From: Escherichia phage vB_EcoM_VR7
Strand: one strand, 5' to 3'
DNA length: 64,000 bases
Sequence record: NC_014792.1
The stretch's first letter is position 1. Every line of letters starts with the position of its first letter. Shown here piece by piece: positions 55,633 to 64,000 of this stretch. The position numbers and the translations under genes were made by a program. Under the pieces are notes generated by a model, which was not told the DNA's origin, searched no databases, and saw nothing but the letters and a program-made list of their open reading frames with translations.

Positions 55633-56093
55633 TAGTAAAGGTCCTCTGAATAAAGTTCGTCTTCGCGACCGCCACGTTCAATACGTACCTGGCCTGCATA
55701 AGTAGCAATAATCATGGCTTCTTTACGAGTCCAATAATTGCTGTATTGGTCGATAAATCCTTGGTCGTCACCACATACCTGACATGAAACCACTTTGTCT
55801 TCAACTGCATCCAATACTGCAGCCATGTCTTTAGAATAATGACGAGCACCCGGAATAACGAGTGTTCCACCTTCCTTTAATTTAAAACGGTTCGCTGCCG
55901 AAACAATACGTCGTTGGAATTTCTGGTCATTACACCAGTACCCGAGCTCCCAACAGATTTCTGGGACTTCATCCAGGACATCTTGTTCTGTATATTCACC
56001 ACCATAAGAAGCTAATTTAGCAGCAAGACTTTCAGGAGTCTCACGTGATAGAGCCAGGTCTAATAGTTCAAGGCGTTCTTTGAAGGTTTTCAT
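55632..56093 (-). CDS. hypothetical protein (possible nucleotide-binding fold)
   Basis: About 153 aa from MKTFKERL; ATGA coupling with the upstream ORF; no confident family assignment. Confidence 0.45.
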   Translation of the reverse strand: MKTFKERLELLDLALSRETPESLAAKLASYGGEYTEQDVLDEVPEICWELGYWCNDQKFQRRIVSAANRFKLKEGGTLVIPGARHYSKDMAAVLDAVEDKVVSCQVCGDDQGFIDQYSNYWTRKEAMIIATYAGQVRIERGGREDELYSEDLY

Positions 56094-56422
56094 TTGAACC
56101 AACCTTTAACACGTTGCCACAGACTTTTCTGTTGAGCTTTATTAACACCAATTGAGCGAATAACTGGTTGTGATTCCTGGTATTCTTTGTAGTCAGCTTT
56201 ATAGACTTCATATGCCGCTGGAACAAAGGCACCAATCGCCGCCATGAAGTTCTTGCGAATACCAAACGGAGCTGCTGCATCATCTTGGCGGTGGATAAGA
56301 TACTGACCAGCTTTGACCTTGACAATAGTTCCAAGGTAAGCGCCATGATACCAAACATCCCAACCCTCTTGAGTAGGTTCTACACAAGCACGCAAGTCAT
56401 TAACAATATTCAGCTTATTCAT
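56090..56422 (-). CDS. hypothetical protein
   Basis: 110 aa ORF. Confidence 0.45.
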   Translation of the reverse strand: MNKLNIVNDLRACVEPTQEGWDVWYHGAYLGTIVKVKAGQYLIHRQDDAAAPFGIRKNFMAAIGAFVPAAYEVYKADYKEYQESQPVIRSIGVNKAQQKSLWQRVKGWFK

Positions 56423-56429
56423 AATTTCC

Positions 56430-57038
56430 TCACTTTAAGATGTTAATAACATGCTGAATGTTTTCAGTTGACATATGATTGTCAATGTAGGTATTCAATC
56501 CACCTACTTTAACGCTAAATCCCACGTCTGTAAACTGTTTTACTATCTTTTGTTCAGTATTATATGCATGCACGCGAATCTGACCATCACGTCGCACATC
56601 AATCTGTTTTAATGTCTTGACACGCTTGAACTTCACAATCAAATTACTGCGGTCTTCTGAAATGCTCTTAAAGTCAATACCAATGGACAACAATTGCTCT
56701 TTGATATATTCTGCAGTCGCTTCCATTTCATCAGTCACACCGCGTTTTGTTCTTGTCTTCTTTACTTCCAGAAGGTCAGGATTATTTTCATTTGCCCAAA
56801 GTTCAGCTGCATCCAGAATAAGGTCAACACCCTTTTCTGTAATCATCAAACCATCACCAGAAGCTTCAACATAGTTGTTATTCAACAATGTCTGTACGCT
56901 ATCAATTGATGTGTTCTGCTGGTCTAAAACAACCTCAGGACGAACAAAGTTGTTTTTGTATACAAACACCAGAGCATTAACATCAGTCTCGTGTAGAGCG
57001 TTCTGGGAGCATTTAACGATATAATTTAACTTGTTCAT
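56430..57038 (-). CDS. motA: MotA middle-transcription activator
   Basis: 202 aa; T4 motA position; partial motif match (E.SGDGL.IT..G); call is moderate. Confidence 0.65.
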   Translation of the reverse strand: MNKLNYIVKCSQNALHETDVNALVFVYKNNFVRPEVVLDQQNTSIDSVQTLLNNNYVEASGDGLMITEKGVDLILDAAELWANENNPDLLEVKKTRTKRGVTDEMEATAEYIKEQLLSIGIDFKSISEDRSNLIVKFKRVKTLKQIDVRRDGQIRVHAYNTEQKIVKQFTDVGFSVKVGGLNTYIDNHMSTENIQHVINILK

Positions 57039-57040
57039 AA

Positions 57041-57268
57041 TTATCCCTTGATGGATTTCATGTAATTTGATGCATATGATTGTACCACAGTACGCTTCAT
57101 ATGGGAAGTAGAAACAACAACATCAATCGCTTGTTTACGTTCTTCTTTAGAATTCGCCAGTTTGAACATGTCAAAGTAGTAATAGCAAGCTTCTTTGTTA
57201 GATTTGAATTTAGCGTTGATGTATTCTTGACCTTCATTCTGTTGTGCAGTAAACATTTTATTCTCCAA
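57041..57268 (-). CDS. hypothetical protein (motA.1 position)
   Basis: 75 aa; early promoter and RBS upstream. Confidence 0.45.
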   Translation of the reverse strand: MENKMFTAQQNEGQEYINAKFKSNKEACYYYFDMFKLANSKEERKQAIDVVVSTSHMKRTVVQSYASNYMKSIKG

Positions 57269-57348
57269 AGTTTTTGTGATTCAGTGTGTAACTCAGTATG
57301 GAATCATTATGCATCAGGTCAAGGGTCTTGTACACTACTTTTTAAAAT

Positions 57349-57372
57349 AAAAAAGGACCCCGAAGGGTCCTA
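57349..57372 (-). terminator. Rho-independent terminator downstream of gene 52
   Basis: GGACCCTTCGGGGTCC hairpin followed by TTTTTTATTTT on the minus strand. Confidence 0.65.
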
Positions 57373-57462
57373 GTTTTTAAGAATCAATCACTTTGCCAAT
57401 AACCCAGGCAATCAACAGGCCAACTACAGCAGCACAAATCACTGCATATTCATTTTCTATGC

Positions 57463-58842
57463 TCATAGAGCCTCCAAGTCATTAAGGTATTCAGTTTTAA
57501 CATCAGTTGCCTTCCAGTACTCATGCTCAGCTTTCTTAGCCTTTGCTTCGTCTGCAAGCTTCTTGGCTTCGTCAGAGGTCATATGGTAGATGTTCATCGC
57601 CACTAACTTCTCTGCATAATCGCCATATATTTCGCTTGCCTGGAGCTCCTCAATCAACTTCTTACGAGGTTTCCCCTGGATAACAACCTTGCCGTCAATC
57701 ACTTCTTTAATAAAGAAGACTTTCGCCCGGGCCAGTTTAAATGCTGCTTCAGTTTCTTTAATCTTGCTATCAATTCGCACTTGGACATAAGTCTTACGGA
57801 CATCAACGAAATCGCGAATCAGGTCAAGCGTGTTGGTGTATTCAGCCAGTTTACCTTTGTGATTAAGCACTGTTAAATTCTGGGAGAGCTTTTCAATCAG
57901 ACCAAAGTCTTTCATGATTTTCTCATGATTCTCTTCTTCAGTGCCGTCCAGCTTGTATTCTTTACGGAATTTAATCTTAAACCCAAAACCATGTTCGCCG
58001 CAGTTATCTTTCCAGGTGATAAAACCTTTCTCTTCCAGCGGGTCCAGGATTTTACTTGTATACTTTTCCAGGTTCCATTGAACCGGGATTTCAGTAATTT
58101 CCATTTGAGTCCTGGAAGTCATTTTGTACGTGCCATGAAGCTCATACTTACCAGGCTCTTCCAGCTCAACCACTTCACCGCGGAATTCTGGATATTTTAC
58201 TTTCGGAGCAACCGGCTCACGACCTTCCACGATAGCTTTAACAGCTTCCTTGACATCCTGGAACGAATGAGGAAGAATATCAGTAGCGAAGCCAACAGCA
58301 ATCCCAGAAGTGGCGTTAAGTAATACAGTAGGAATAACAGGAAGATAAAAAGCAGGAGGCTTATGTTCTTCATCAGGATGGACCGGAGCATATTCTGTAT
58401 CCTTAAACAAGTTGTAAAAGTTCTTTGAAACCCTTGCGAATACATAACGAGCTGATGATGCTTCTGGAACCATTCTGGAACCAAAGTTGCCCTGTCCATC
58501 AAACATAGGGTATTCATTTTTATATGTTGCGACCAAACCAGAAGTTGCTTCTTCAGCTGATGCTTCACCATGGTGATAACCATAATCAGCTACGCCACCT
58601 GCGATGGATGCAACCTTGTGGAATTTATTCTTATCGCCACGAGCCAGGTCTAATGCTCTCGCCATAACAAATCTGTGAACTGGTTTAAAACCATCAATCA
58701 TGTTTGGGATGGCGCGACCTTCCACAGTGTAGATAGCATATGACAATGCTTCCACATCAATAATGTCTTTTAGACTACGTGGGTTAAGGGACCCCATGGA
58801 ATCACTGAACTGTTTGGACATCATACTTAAAACGTCAGACAT
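57463..58842 (-). CDS. 52: DNA topoisomerase II medium subunit gp52
   Basis: 459 aa; strong match to T4 gp52 (AIPNMIDGFKPV.RFV.ARALDLARG.K.KFHK.ASIAGGVAD.GYHHGE). Confidence 0.9.
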   Translation of the reverse strand: MSDVLSMMSKQFSDSMGSLNPRSLKDIIDVEALSYAIYTVEGRAIPNMIDGFKPVHRFVMARALDLARGDKNKFHKVASIAGGVADYGYHHGEASAEEATSGLVATYKNEYPMFDGQGNFGSRMVPEASSARYVFARVSKNFYNLFKDTEYAPVHPDEEHKPPAFYLPVIPTVLLNATSGIAVGFATDILPHSFQDVKEAVKAIVEGREPVAPKVKYPEFRGEVVELEEPGKYELHGTYKMTSRTQMEITEIPVQWNLEKYTSKILDPLEEKGFITWKDNCGEHGFGFKIKFRKEYKLDGTEEENHEKIMKDFGLIEKLSQNLTVLNHKGKLAEYTNTLDLIRDFVDVRKTYVQVRIDSKIKETEAAFKLARAKVFFIKEVIDGKVVIQGKPRKKLIEELQASEIYGDYAEKLVAMNIYHMTSDEAKKLADEAKAKKAEHEYWKATDVKTEYLNDLEAL

Positions 58843-58983
58843 ATATCACCTTACCAGATTAACGAATGTACTGCCATTATAGCATCAGAAATAAAAAGCA
58901 CAACCTGCACTAGTGCAAACATAACTCCATAATACAGCGCTACCAATAAGGTAGCAAGGGCTAACGAGTAGCCCAAGATTTTC

Positions 58984-59172
58984 TTAATCATTGCTCACCG
59001 CGGAAACCATAAATTTAACAAAGGCATCAACTACAAACCATCCACACAAGAAATAAACAAACCACATAGGCGGGATGAAGACACCTGCGACAAAAAGAGT
59101 TACTAAAACAATGACCGCCACTAGATAAATGAATGAAAAGACTGATGTCATATTTTCCTCAAGGGCGTCCAA
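58984..59172 (-). CDS. small membrane protein
   Basis: 62 aa with two hydrophobic helices; T4 ac/stp region. Confidence 0.4.
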   Translation of the reverse strand: MDALEENMTSVFSFIYLVAVIVLVTLFVAGVFIPPMWFVYFLCGWFVVDAFVKFMVSAVSND

Positions 59173-59240
59173 AGACGCCAGTTAATTTCAGATTATGACG
59201 ATGCCATTGCATCACATGTTCATTATGGAAATTACTCATA

Positions 59241-59690
59241 TTAATAGCTCTGTAGAATGAATTTAAAGTTATCAGCAAGCATGCGATTCATTTCTGAAAG
59301 GGTCTGGCAATCAGAACTATGCGAGCGAGTGAACGCCATCGCAATTTGACCTTTACCATAACCAGTTGTCAGAGGTTTCATTTTAGAAACCGGGACAAAC
59401 AGGACTTCATAGATAACCCCATTGTTCGCCATTGTGCGAGACAGTTGTGAACGCTGTTTGCGGATGTGACTTAATACAGTGTCAAACCCTTGTTGTGAAC
59501 GTTGGTTACCAACATAAAAACGTGCAGCAACAATACGTGATTCGCCTTCACCTTTGACCACGAAATAAAAACCTGGTTGGGTGATAGCTTCTTTAGTTGG
59601 ACGACCCGCAACATAATTACCATTATGGATGTAAGCAATAGTGGTAGCGCCAGCATTCAGTACGTCACGACGAGTCATGTAAGTAGTCAT
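59241..59690 (-). CDS. hypothetical protein; positional candidate for Ndd
   Basis: 149 aa, close to T4 Ndd size and position; no sequence recall to confirm. Confidence 0.4.
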   Translation of the reverse strand: MTTYMTRRDVLNAGATTIAYIHNGNYVAGRPTKEAITQPGFYFVVKGEGESRIVAARFYVGNQRSQQGFDTVLSHIRKQRSQLSRTMANNGVIYEVLFVPVSKMKPLTTGYGKGQIAMAFTRSHSSDCQTLSEMNRMLADNFKFILQSY

Positions 59691-59763
59691 ATTAATTTCC
59701 TCAGTAAGTTAAAGTTTTGTGCTCCAGTGGGGTCATTATACTCTGACCCCAAGAGTTTGTACA

Positions 59764-60108
59764 CTATTTTTGAAGCTGTTCTAAAATAAATCCGCTGGTG
59801 TAAAGGCTTGCATTATAAAGGCGGTCAAGAGACAATGAATCCAATCCATAAGCTTCGCGAATTGCATTGATAGCACTTTCGTAACTGGTATAATAAACAT
59901 CGCGATAATCACGGTCCATAGTCATGCGGAACTTAATAAATTTATAGAAACCAGTTTCAGGGTCCTGATAGAATGCAAATTCTGCAGACATCAAATTTTT
60001 AAGGTGAACAACTTTTGTGCCACCTGAATAACTTAAATCAAAGGCTTCTGATACGCTAATTTGTTTAAAGAACATAATGTTGCGATTGCCAAAAAAGACT
60101 TTAGACAT
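59764..60108 (-). CDS. hypothetical protein
   Basis: 114 aa; GAGGAAA RBS. Confidence 0.4.
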   Translation of the reverse strand: MSKVFFGNRNIMFFKQISVSEAFDLSYSGGTKVVHLKNLMSAEFAFYQDPETGFYKFIKFRMTMDRDYRDVYYTSYESAINAIREAYGLDSLSLDRLYNASLYTSGFILEQLQK

Positions 60109-60124
60109 AATGATTTCCTCAATT

Positions 60125-60370
60125 TTATTCAGGGTCTACCGCGCTATCCCACAAGTCAACTTCTTCTGATGATTCCATCAGTTCATCGACCGTAAAACAT
60201 TCAGTATTATTTTCAATTGCAAAGCGCTTGCGATACCAGGGGTAATCCAAACAGTTTTCAGTGCGCACAGGGCGTTCACTGTTATCCATCAAAGGTGAAA
60301 TGCGAATCAGTTGTTGACCATTACCCAGGACAAATTTTTCACCAACTACAATGTCTTTAAAAAGTTTCAT
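60125..60370 (-). CDS. hypothetical protein
   Basis: 81 aa; GGAG RBS. Confidence 0.4.
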   Translation of the reverse strand: MKLFKDIVVGEKFVLGNGQQLIRISPLMDNSERPVRTENCLDYPWYRKRFAIENNTECFTVDELMESSEEVDLWDSAVDPE

Positions 60371-60573
60371 TGCTTAGCTCCATTCCAAATTACGTCAACA
60401 ACAGACTTCAGACCATTATCCTGGATTTGCGTGAACACTTCAGCAGCAATCCAGACCTGGAAACCAATCATTACAATGGCACCAATGAAAATCAGGATAA
60501 TCATCGCCACAATAAACTTGAACATAAAGTCAAAGCGACGATTGGATTTTTTAAATTGTGATTGGTAATTCAT
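60367..60573 (-). CDS. small membrane protein
   Basis: About 68 aa from MNYQSQ with GAGGA RBS; one clear transmembrane helix. Confidence 0.4.
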   Translation of the reverse strand: MNYQSQFKKSNRRFDFMFKFIVAMIILIFIGAIVMIGFQVWIAAEVFTQIQDNGLKSVVDVIWNGAKQ

Positions 60574-60839
60574 AATATTATCCTCAAAAGAAATAGTTAA
60601 AGTAAACACGCACATGGTCAATCATAAAAACAATTGGGAAAATGCTCAGGACAACAAACAGTACAAACATGTTCCAAATGGCTTTAAGTAACTTTTTCAT
60701 AATCATCTCCAGTAGTTGATAGGTTCATTATACTACAACCACCGGAGATGTACACTCTTTTATGCTGTTATTAATAAACTAAAACACACACAAATCATTG
60801 GAATGGATAATACCCAGATAAGACACCAATTTTTGCTGC

Positions 60840-61106
60840 TCAAAATATCACCTCTTTGATTTCAATCAATCCCCTGTACAATGCAGTGCGGAGGTCATAA
60901 AGAATATCTATGCCATCAACATTATCCAGCTTGCCATCAATAAGCTTTTCCAAATCTTCCTTTGATGCAACCAATGGGCGAAGAAATTTACAATCAGAAA
61001 GAGATAACTCTGTAGTAACATCATCACCATCACCTGACGCATCATACATAGCGGCAATAACCCATACCTGTACTTTGTGTTTGGCGTAGTATAATTTAAT
61101 ATCCAT
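60840..61106 (-). CDS. hypothetical acidic protein
   Basis: About 88 aa from MDIKLYY with GGAG RBS; early promoter upstream. Confidence 0.4.
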   Translation of the reverse strand: MDIKLYYAKHKVQVWVIAAMYDASGDGDDVTTELSLSDCKFLRPLVASKEDLEKLIDGKLDNVDGIDILYDLRTALYRGLIEIKEVIF

Positions 61107-61181
61107 TTTTTCTCCAGTTGTTTGGTAACTCAGTATGGAATCATTATACATAGACTCCATACTGATGTACACTATTTTTAA

Positions 61182-61457
61182 TTAATTGTGCATTTGTTCT
61201 TTAACTTCTTTGTATGCACCAACTGCACTCACGACCCCAGTAAAATCTGCAGTCCCACGATAGAGATAGAAAGCAATTTCAGTCAGGTGGTAGACTTCAA
61301 ATTCTGAAAGATAAACGATAACGTCATAATAGGCAACTTGACCCTGGACTTCATTGAATACTACATCAAAAATTTCATGGGTTGGAAAATTGATGTTGTT
61401 GTTTTTGAGTGCTTGAATGAGAATTTGTTTGATGTGGTGAGTAGTAACGTGTTCCAT
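61182..61457 (-). CDS. hypothetical protein
   Basis: About 91 aa from MEHVTTHH with GAGGA RBS. Confidence 0.4.
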   Translation of the reverse strand: MEHVTTHHIKQILIQALKNNNINFPTHEIFDVVFNEVQGQVAYYDVIVYLSEFEVYHLTEIAFYLYRGTADFTGVVSAVGAYKEVKEQMHN

Positions 61458-61504
61458 GATAATGTCCTCATTTGTTGGTGTGAGGACATTATTACACAGT
61501 TGGT

Positions 61505-62098
61505 TCAGCTTGTAAACCGGTGATAGGGAAATTTTTCTTCTGAACAAGAACGGAGGTACCAACCATCCCCTTGTGACTTCTGCACAAGTCCAGACTCAGG
61601 AACGAAAGCACCAGGTCCAGCAAGGAATTTTGGTTTAAATCTATAACCTTTGATAGTCTCTTTTACATTAAACATAATCATAAGGTCAGCAAGCTTGTGC
61701 TGCATAAAGGGTCCAAGATTAACTCCGTAACCATGTGGATAATCGCCCTGGTGACCAGTATGCACGGATATCCATTTGGAGCCAGATTGGTGAGTCTTAA
61801 CTTCGATTCTTACCCCTTCCTGGGAGACTACATCGAATGCAAAAGAGAATGGGTTATTGTAATCTTCATCGCCGCCACATAAGAAACCGGAGGTCCATTT
61901 GGCAATAGCTTGTTCGGCCATTGTAGCTACCATACATCTTTGCATGACTTGCTCATGGTCCTGGGCTGGGTCTTTACGCAATGAATACCTGGCAGTGTCT
62001 ACAATCTTTTGCAGGGATTCGGGGGTTAAGTCTTCCTTTGTATAAAGAAAGGAGGGCATCTTTTTCAGATGCTCCCATGTTTTACTCTTCTGAATCAT
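61505..62098 (-). CDS. putative PD-(D/E)xK-like nuclease; positional candidate for denB
   Basis: About 197 aa from MIQKSK with GAGG RBS; D...E.K pattern (FAFDVVSQEGVRIEVKT); near rIIB as T4 denB is. Confidence 0.4.
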   Translation of the reverse strand: MIQKSKTWEHLKKMPSFLYTKEDLTPESLQKIVDTARYSLRKDPAQDHEQVMQRCMVATMAEQAIAKWTSGFLCGGDEDYNNPFSFAFDVVSQEGVRIEVKTHQSGSKWISVHTGHQGDYPHGYGVNLGPFMQHKLADLMIMFNVKETIKGYRFKPKFLAGPGAFVPESGLVQKSQGDGWYLRSCSEEKFPYHRFTS

Positions 62099-62351
62099 CT
62101 TGAACCTCATCGATACCGACGATTCCTCGGATATGAAGCTCGCCATAGTACAAACGGTCATTAGCATCAAATGTATCGGAATCCGGGTCAGGGAATTCCC
62201 CAACAACTACTTCATCACATTCCAACCAGCCATAGTGAACATCACCTTCATGCTTGATGAGCTTACCACAGTAAACTGTTCCTGCATAATGATGACCCCG
62301 GAGATTTGAAACTTTGATGTCACGGTCTGACACATTGAAATGCTTAATCAT
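62082..62351 (-). CDS. hypothetical acidic protein
   Basis: 89 aa ORF. Confidence 0.4.
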   Translation of the reverse strand: MIKHFNVSDRDIKVSNLRGHHYAGTVYCGKLIKHEGDVHYGWLECDEVVVGEFPDPDSDTFDANDRLYYGELHIRGIVGIDEVQDDSEE

Positions 62352-62354
62352 AAT

Positions 62355-62564
62355 TTATTCACCAAAATAAGAAATACGGATTGCCAGTACATGAGCGTAA
62401 GCGCTCATTGCATCTAACTGGGCATTCAAAAGACCTTGCTGACGATTATCGAGAGTTTCAAAAACACCACCTTTAATAAACTCTTCAAGAGCATTGATTT
62501 TCAGGACCAGTTGGTCATATTCTTCAACTACACGTGCTTGGAAACCTAACATTTCTTTAGACAT
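62355..62564 (-). CDS. hypothetical protein
   Basis: 69 aa ORF. Confidence 0.4.
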   Translation of the reverse strand: MSKEMLGFQARVVEEYDQLVLKINALEEFIKGGVFETLDNRQQGLLNAQLDAMSAYAHVLAIRISYFGE

Positions 62565-63048
62565 TGTGTTCTTCCATATATTTTAATCGAGCTTCATTTG
62601 CTTCTTCTGGAGTTGCAAAAGCTCCGACTTGAGTTTGTTTTTTATTTCGCATAATAGTGGCTCGCCATGGTTTATTCAAAGCTCGTTTATCAAACGAGAC
62701 TCCTTTAAATCCAGACTTGTTGTTATTATACGGGCGCTTATTTAAAGCATTCTCACCTGGACTAACCCATCTGCAGTTATCGGGAGAGTACCCTTTATCG
62801 TTATCTGTTCGGTCAAGTTGATGTTTGTCAGTGGGTCGTGACCCCATATCTGTATAAAATCTTTCAAAATCATGCAGCCATTCATCGCAAACAGTGATAC
62901 CCCGCCCGCCATATCGAGAATAACTAATATGTGTTGGATTGCAACACCGAGCTTTCATGCCAATCCATACAATGTATTCAGGCGTGTGACCTAGCCCGTG
63001 GACAATACCACGAGCCGAGCCATCTTTAGCAATTGTTTGTTTAATCAT
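62557..63048 (-). CDS. HNH endonuclease with C-terminal AP2-type DNA-binding domain (homing endonuclease-like)
   Basis: 163 aa; HNH core (DRTDNDKGYSPDNCRWVSPGEN) then AP2-like segment (SGFKGVSFDKRALNKPWRATIMRNKKQTQVGAFATPEEA). Confidence 0.7.
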   Translation of the reverse strand: MIKQTIAKDGSARGIVHGLGHTPEYIVWIGMKARCCNPTHISYSRYGGRGITVCDEWLHDFERFYTDMGSRPTDKHQLDRTDNDKGYSPDNCRWVSPGENALNKRPYNNNKSGFKGVSFDKRALNKPWRATIMRNKKQTQVGAFATPEEANEARLKYMEEHNV

Positions 63049-64000
63049 TGAAACGTTCGGTCACATCTTCAAGAACCAGGTAACCACAAACCCTCATCTT
63101 ACTATCGGAATAATCCACCGGGATACTTACAACATCACGTGGGTGAACTTTACAGGATACGATACGGCCATCACCATGACCAAAACCGCTTCCGATATAA
63201 CCTTTAGAGCAAACATGCAGTCCAGTTGAACAGGTCTGTTCGTCATTGTCATTCACACGAGAGCGCGGCATTTTAACATATTGACCAGGGCTGTTGTCAA
63301 ATGTATTTGAGTGACAATCTTTGTAGGTTGAACGAACCATTTTCCAGGCGATGAAATGACCGTCTTCAGTGATTTCGATATCGTTCGCAACCAGGAAGTC
63401 AAACAAACGCTGTACTGCTTTCTCGCTTGGGTTCTCAAGGAGATTCTCAAGGAACGGCAGATAGAATTCAAAATCTTCGCCATTTTGCATTGAATTGATG
63501 ATACGAGTAACCAGACCGGAGCGCAGTTCAATTCCCTGATAGAACAGACTACCGCCTTCAATACGCACATCGCCTTTCACATATTTTTGCACCGCAGCTT
63601 TGATAGAGATAAACTCGATAGCATCATCAAAACGAGATTCTTTGAGTGCCTGGATAATAGCATCAAAGTGTTTATGGTCTTTTGTTGCGTTCCAGACTGT
63701 ACGACCTTCGGTGATGGAAACGAATTTGCTTGATGCGTTCCATACGATTTCCGGTCGGCTTCCACCAATTGTATCAGTAACTGGGACCACTTGAGGTTCA
63801 TTAGGAACCGTTACTGTAATATTTCCGGTAATAACTACTTCAGAAGGCTTAAATTCTTTATCATTTTTCAAAACGCGACGAATGGTATCAACTGAAATAT
63901 TGTACCAGTCAGCTAGTTCCTGCTGTGTATAGTTACCTGAAGCATACAGAGAAACAATTTGTTTTTGTTCGTATTCAGAGACGCATTTAATATTGTACAT
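63041..64000 (-). CDS. rIIB: rIIB lysis inhibition protein
   Basis: 319 aa; strong match to T4 rIIB (MYNIKC...YTQQELADW...DTIRRVLKN...ENLLENPS.KAV.RLFDFLVANDIEITEDG); start codon is the last three bases of the window, so the promoter is outside. Confidence 0.9.
   Translation of the reverse strand: MYNIKCVSEYEQKQIVSLYASGNYTQQELADWYNISVDTIRRVLKNDKEFKPSEVVITGNITVTVPNEPQVVPVTDTIGGSRPEIVWNASSKFVSITEGRTVWNATKDHKHFDAIIQALKESRFDDAIEFISIKAAVQKYVKGDVRIEGGSLFYQGIELRSGLVTRIINSMQNGEDFEFYLPFLENLLENPSEKAVQRLFDFLVANDIEITEDGHFIAWKMVRSTYKDCHSNTFDNSPGQYVKMPRSRVNDNDEQTCSTGLHVCSKGYIGSGFGHGDGRIVSCKVHPRDVVSIPVDYSDSKMRVCGYLVLEDVTERFND

Overview
This 64 kb window is a contiguous segment of a T4-like (Tevenvirinae-type) myovirus genome, collinear with the phage T4 map from gene 24 through rIIB. 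All protein identifications are from my own reading of the supplied translations against remembered T4 proteins and motifs; no database search was run. In order: the 3' end of a gp23/24-family capsid gene, rnlB, a hoc locus carrying a collagen-like gene, a second Hoc-like gene and canonical hoc, inh, uvsW, uvsY, the baseplate hub cluster (25, 26, 51, 27, 28, 29, 48, 54), alt, DNA ligase 30 and the 30.x small ORFs, rIII, 31, cd, pseT, a spanin pair, alc, rnlA, denA, nrdB, nrdA, td, frd, 32, 59, 33, dsbA, rnh, the long tail fibre operon 34-35-36-37-38, holin t, asiA, motA, topoisomerase subunit 52, a block of small ORFs, and rIIB. Early and middle genes are on the minus strand and late structural genes on the plus strand. 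Late promoters (TATAAATA), MotA-box middle promoters, sigma70-like early promoters and GC-hairpin terminators are readable directly. No rRNA, tRNA, CRISPR array or group I intron was found. The most unusual content is at the hoc locus (collagen-like Gly-X-Y protein with a perfect 90 bp tandem duplication and a probable frame disruption, next to a second Hoc-like gene), a tandem truncated alc paralog, three free-standing homing-endonuclease-like genes, and repeat variation in the gp37 receptor-binding tip. Coordinates of promoters and terminators are approximate to a few bases.
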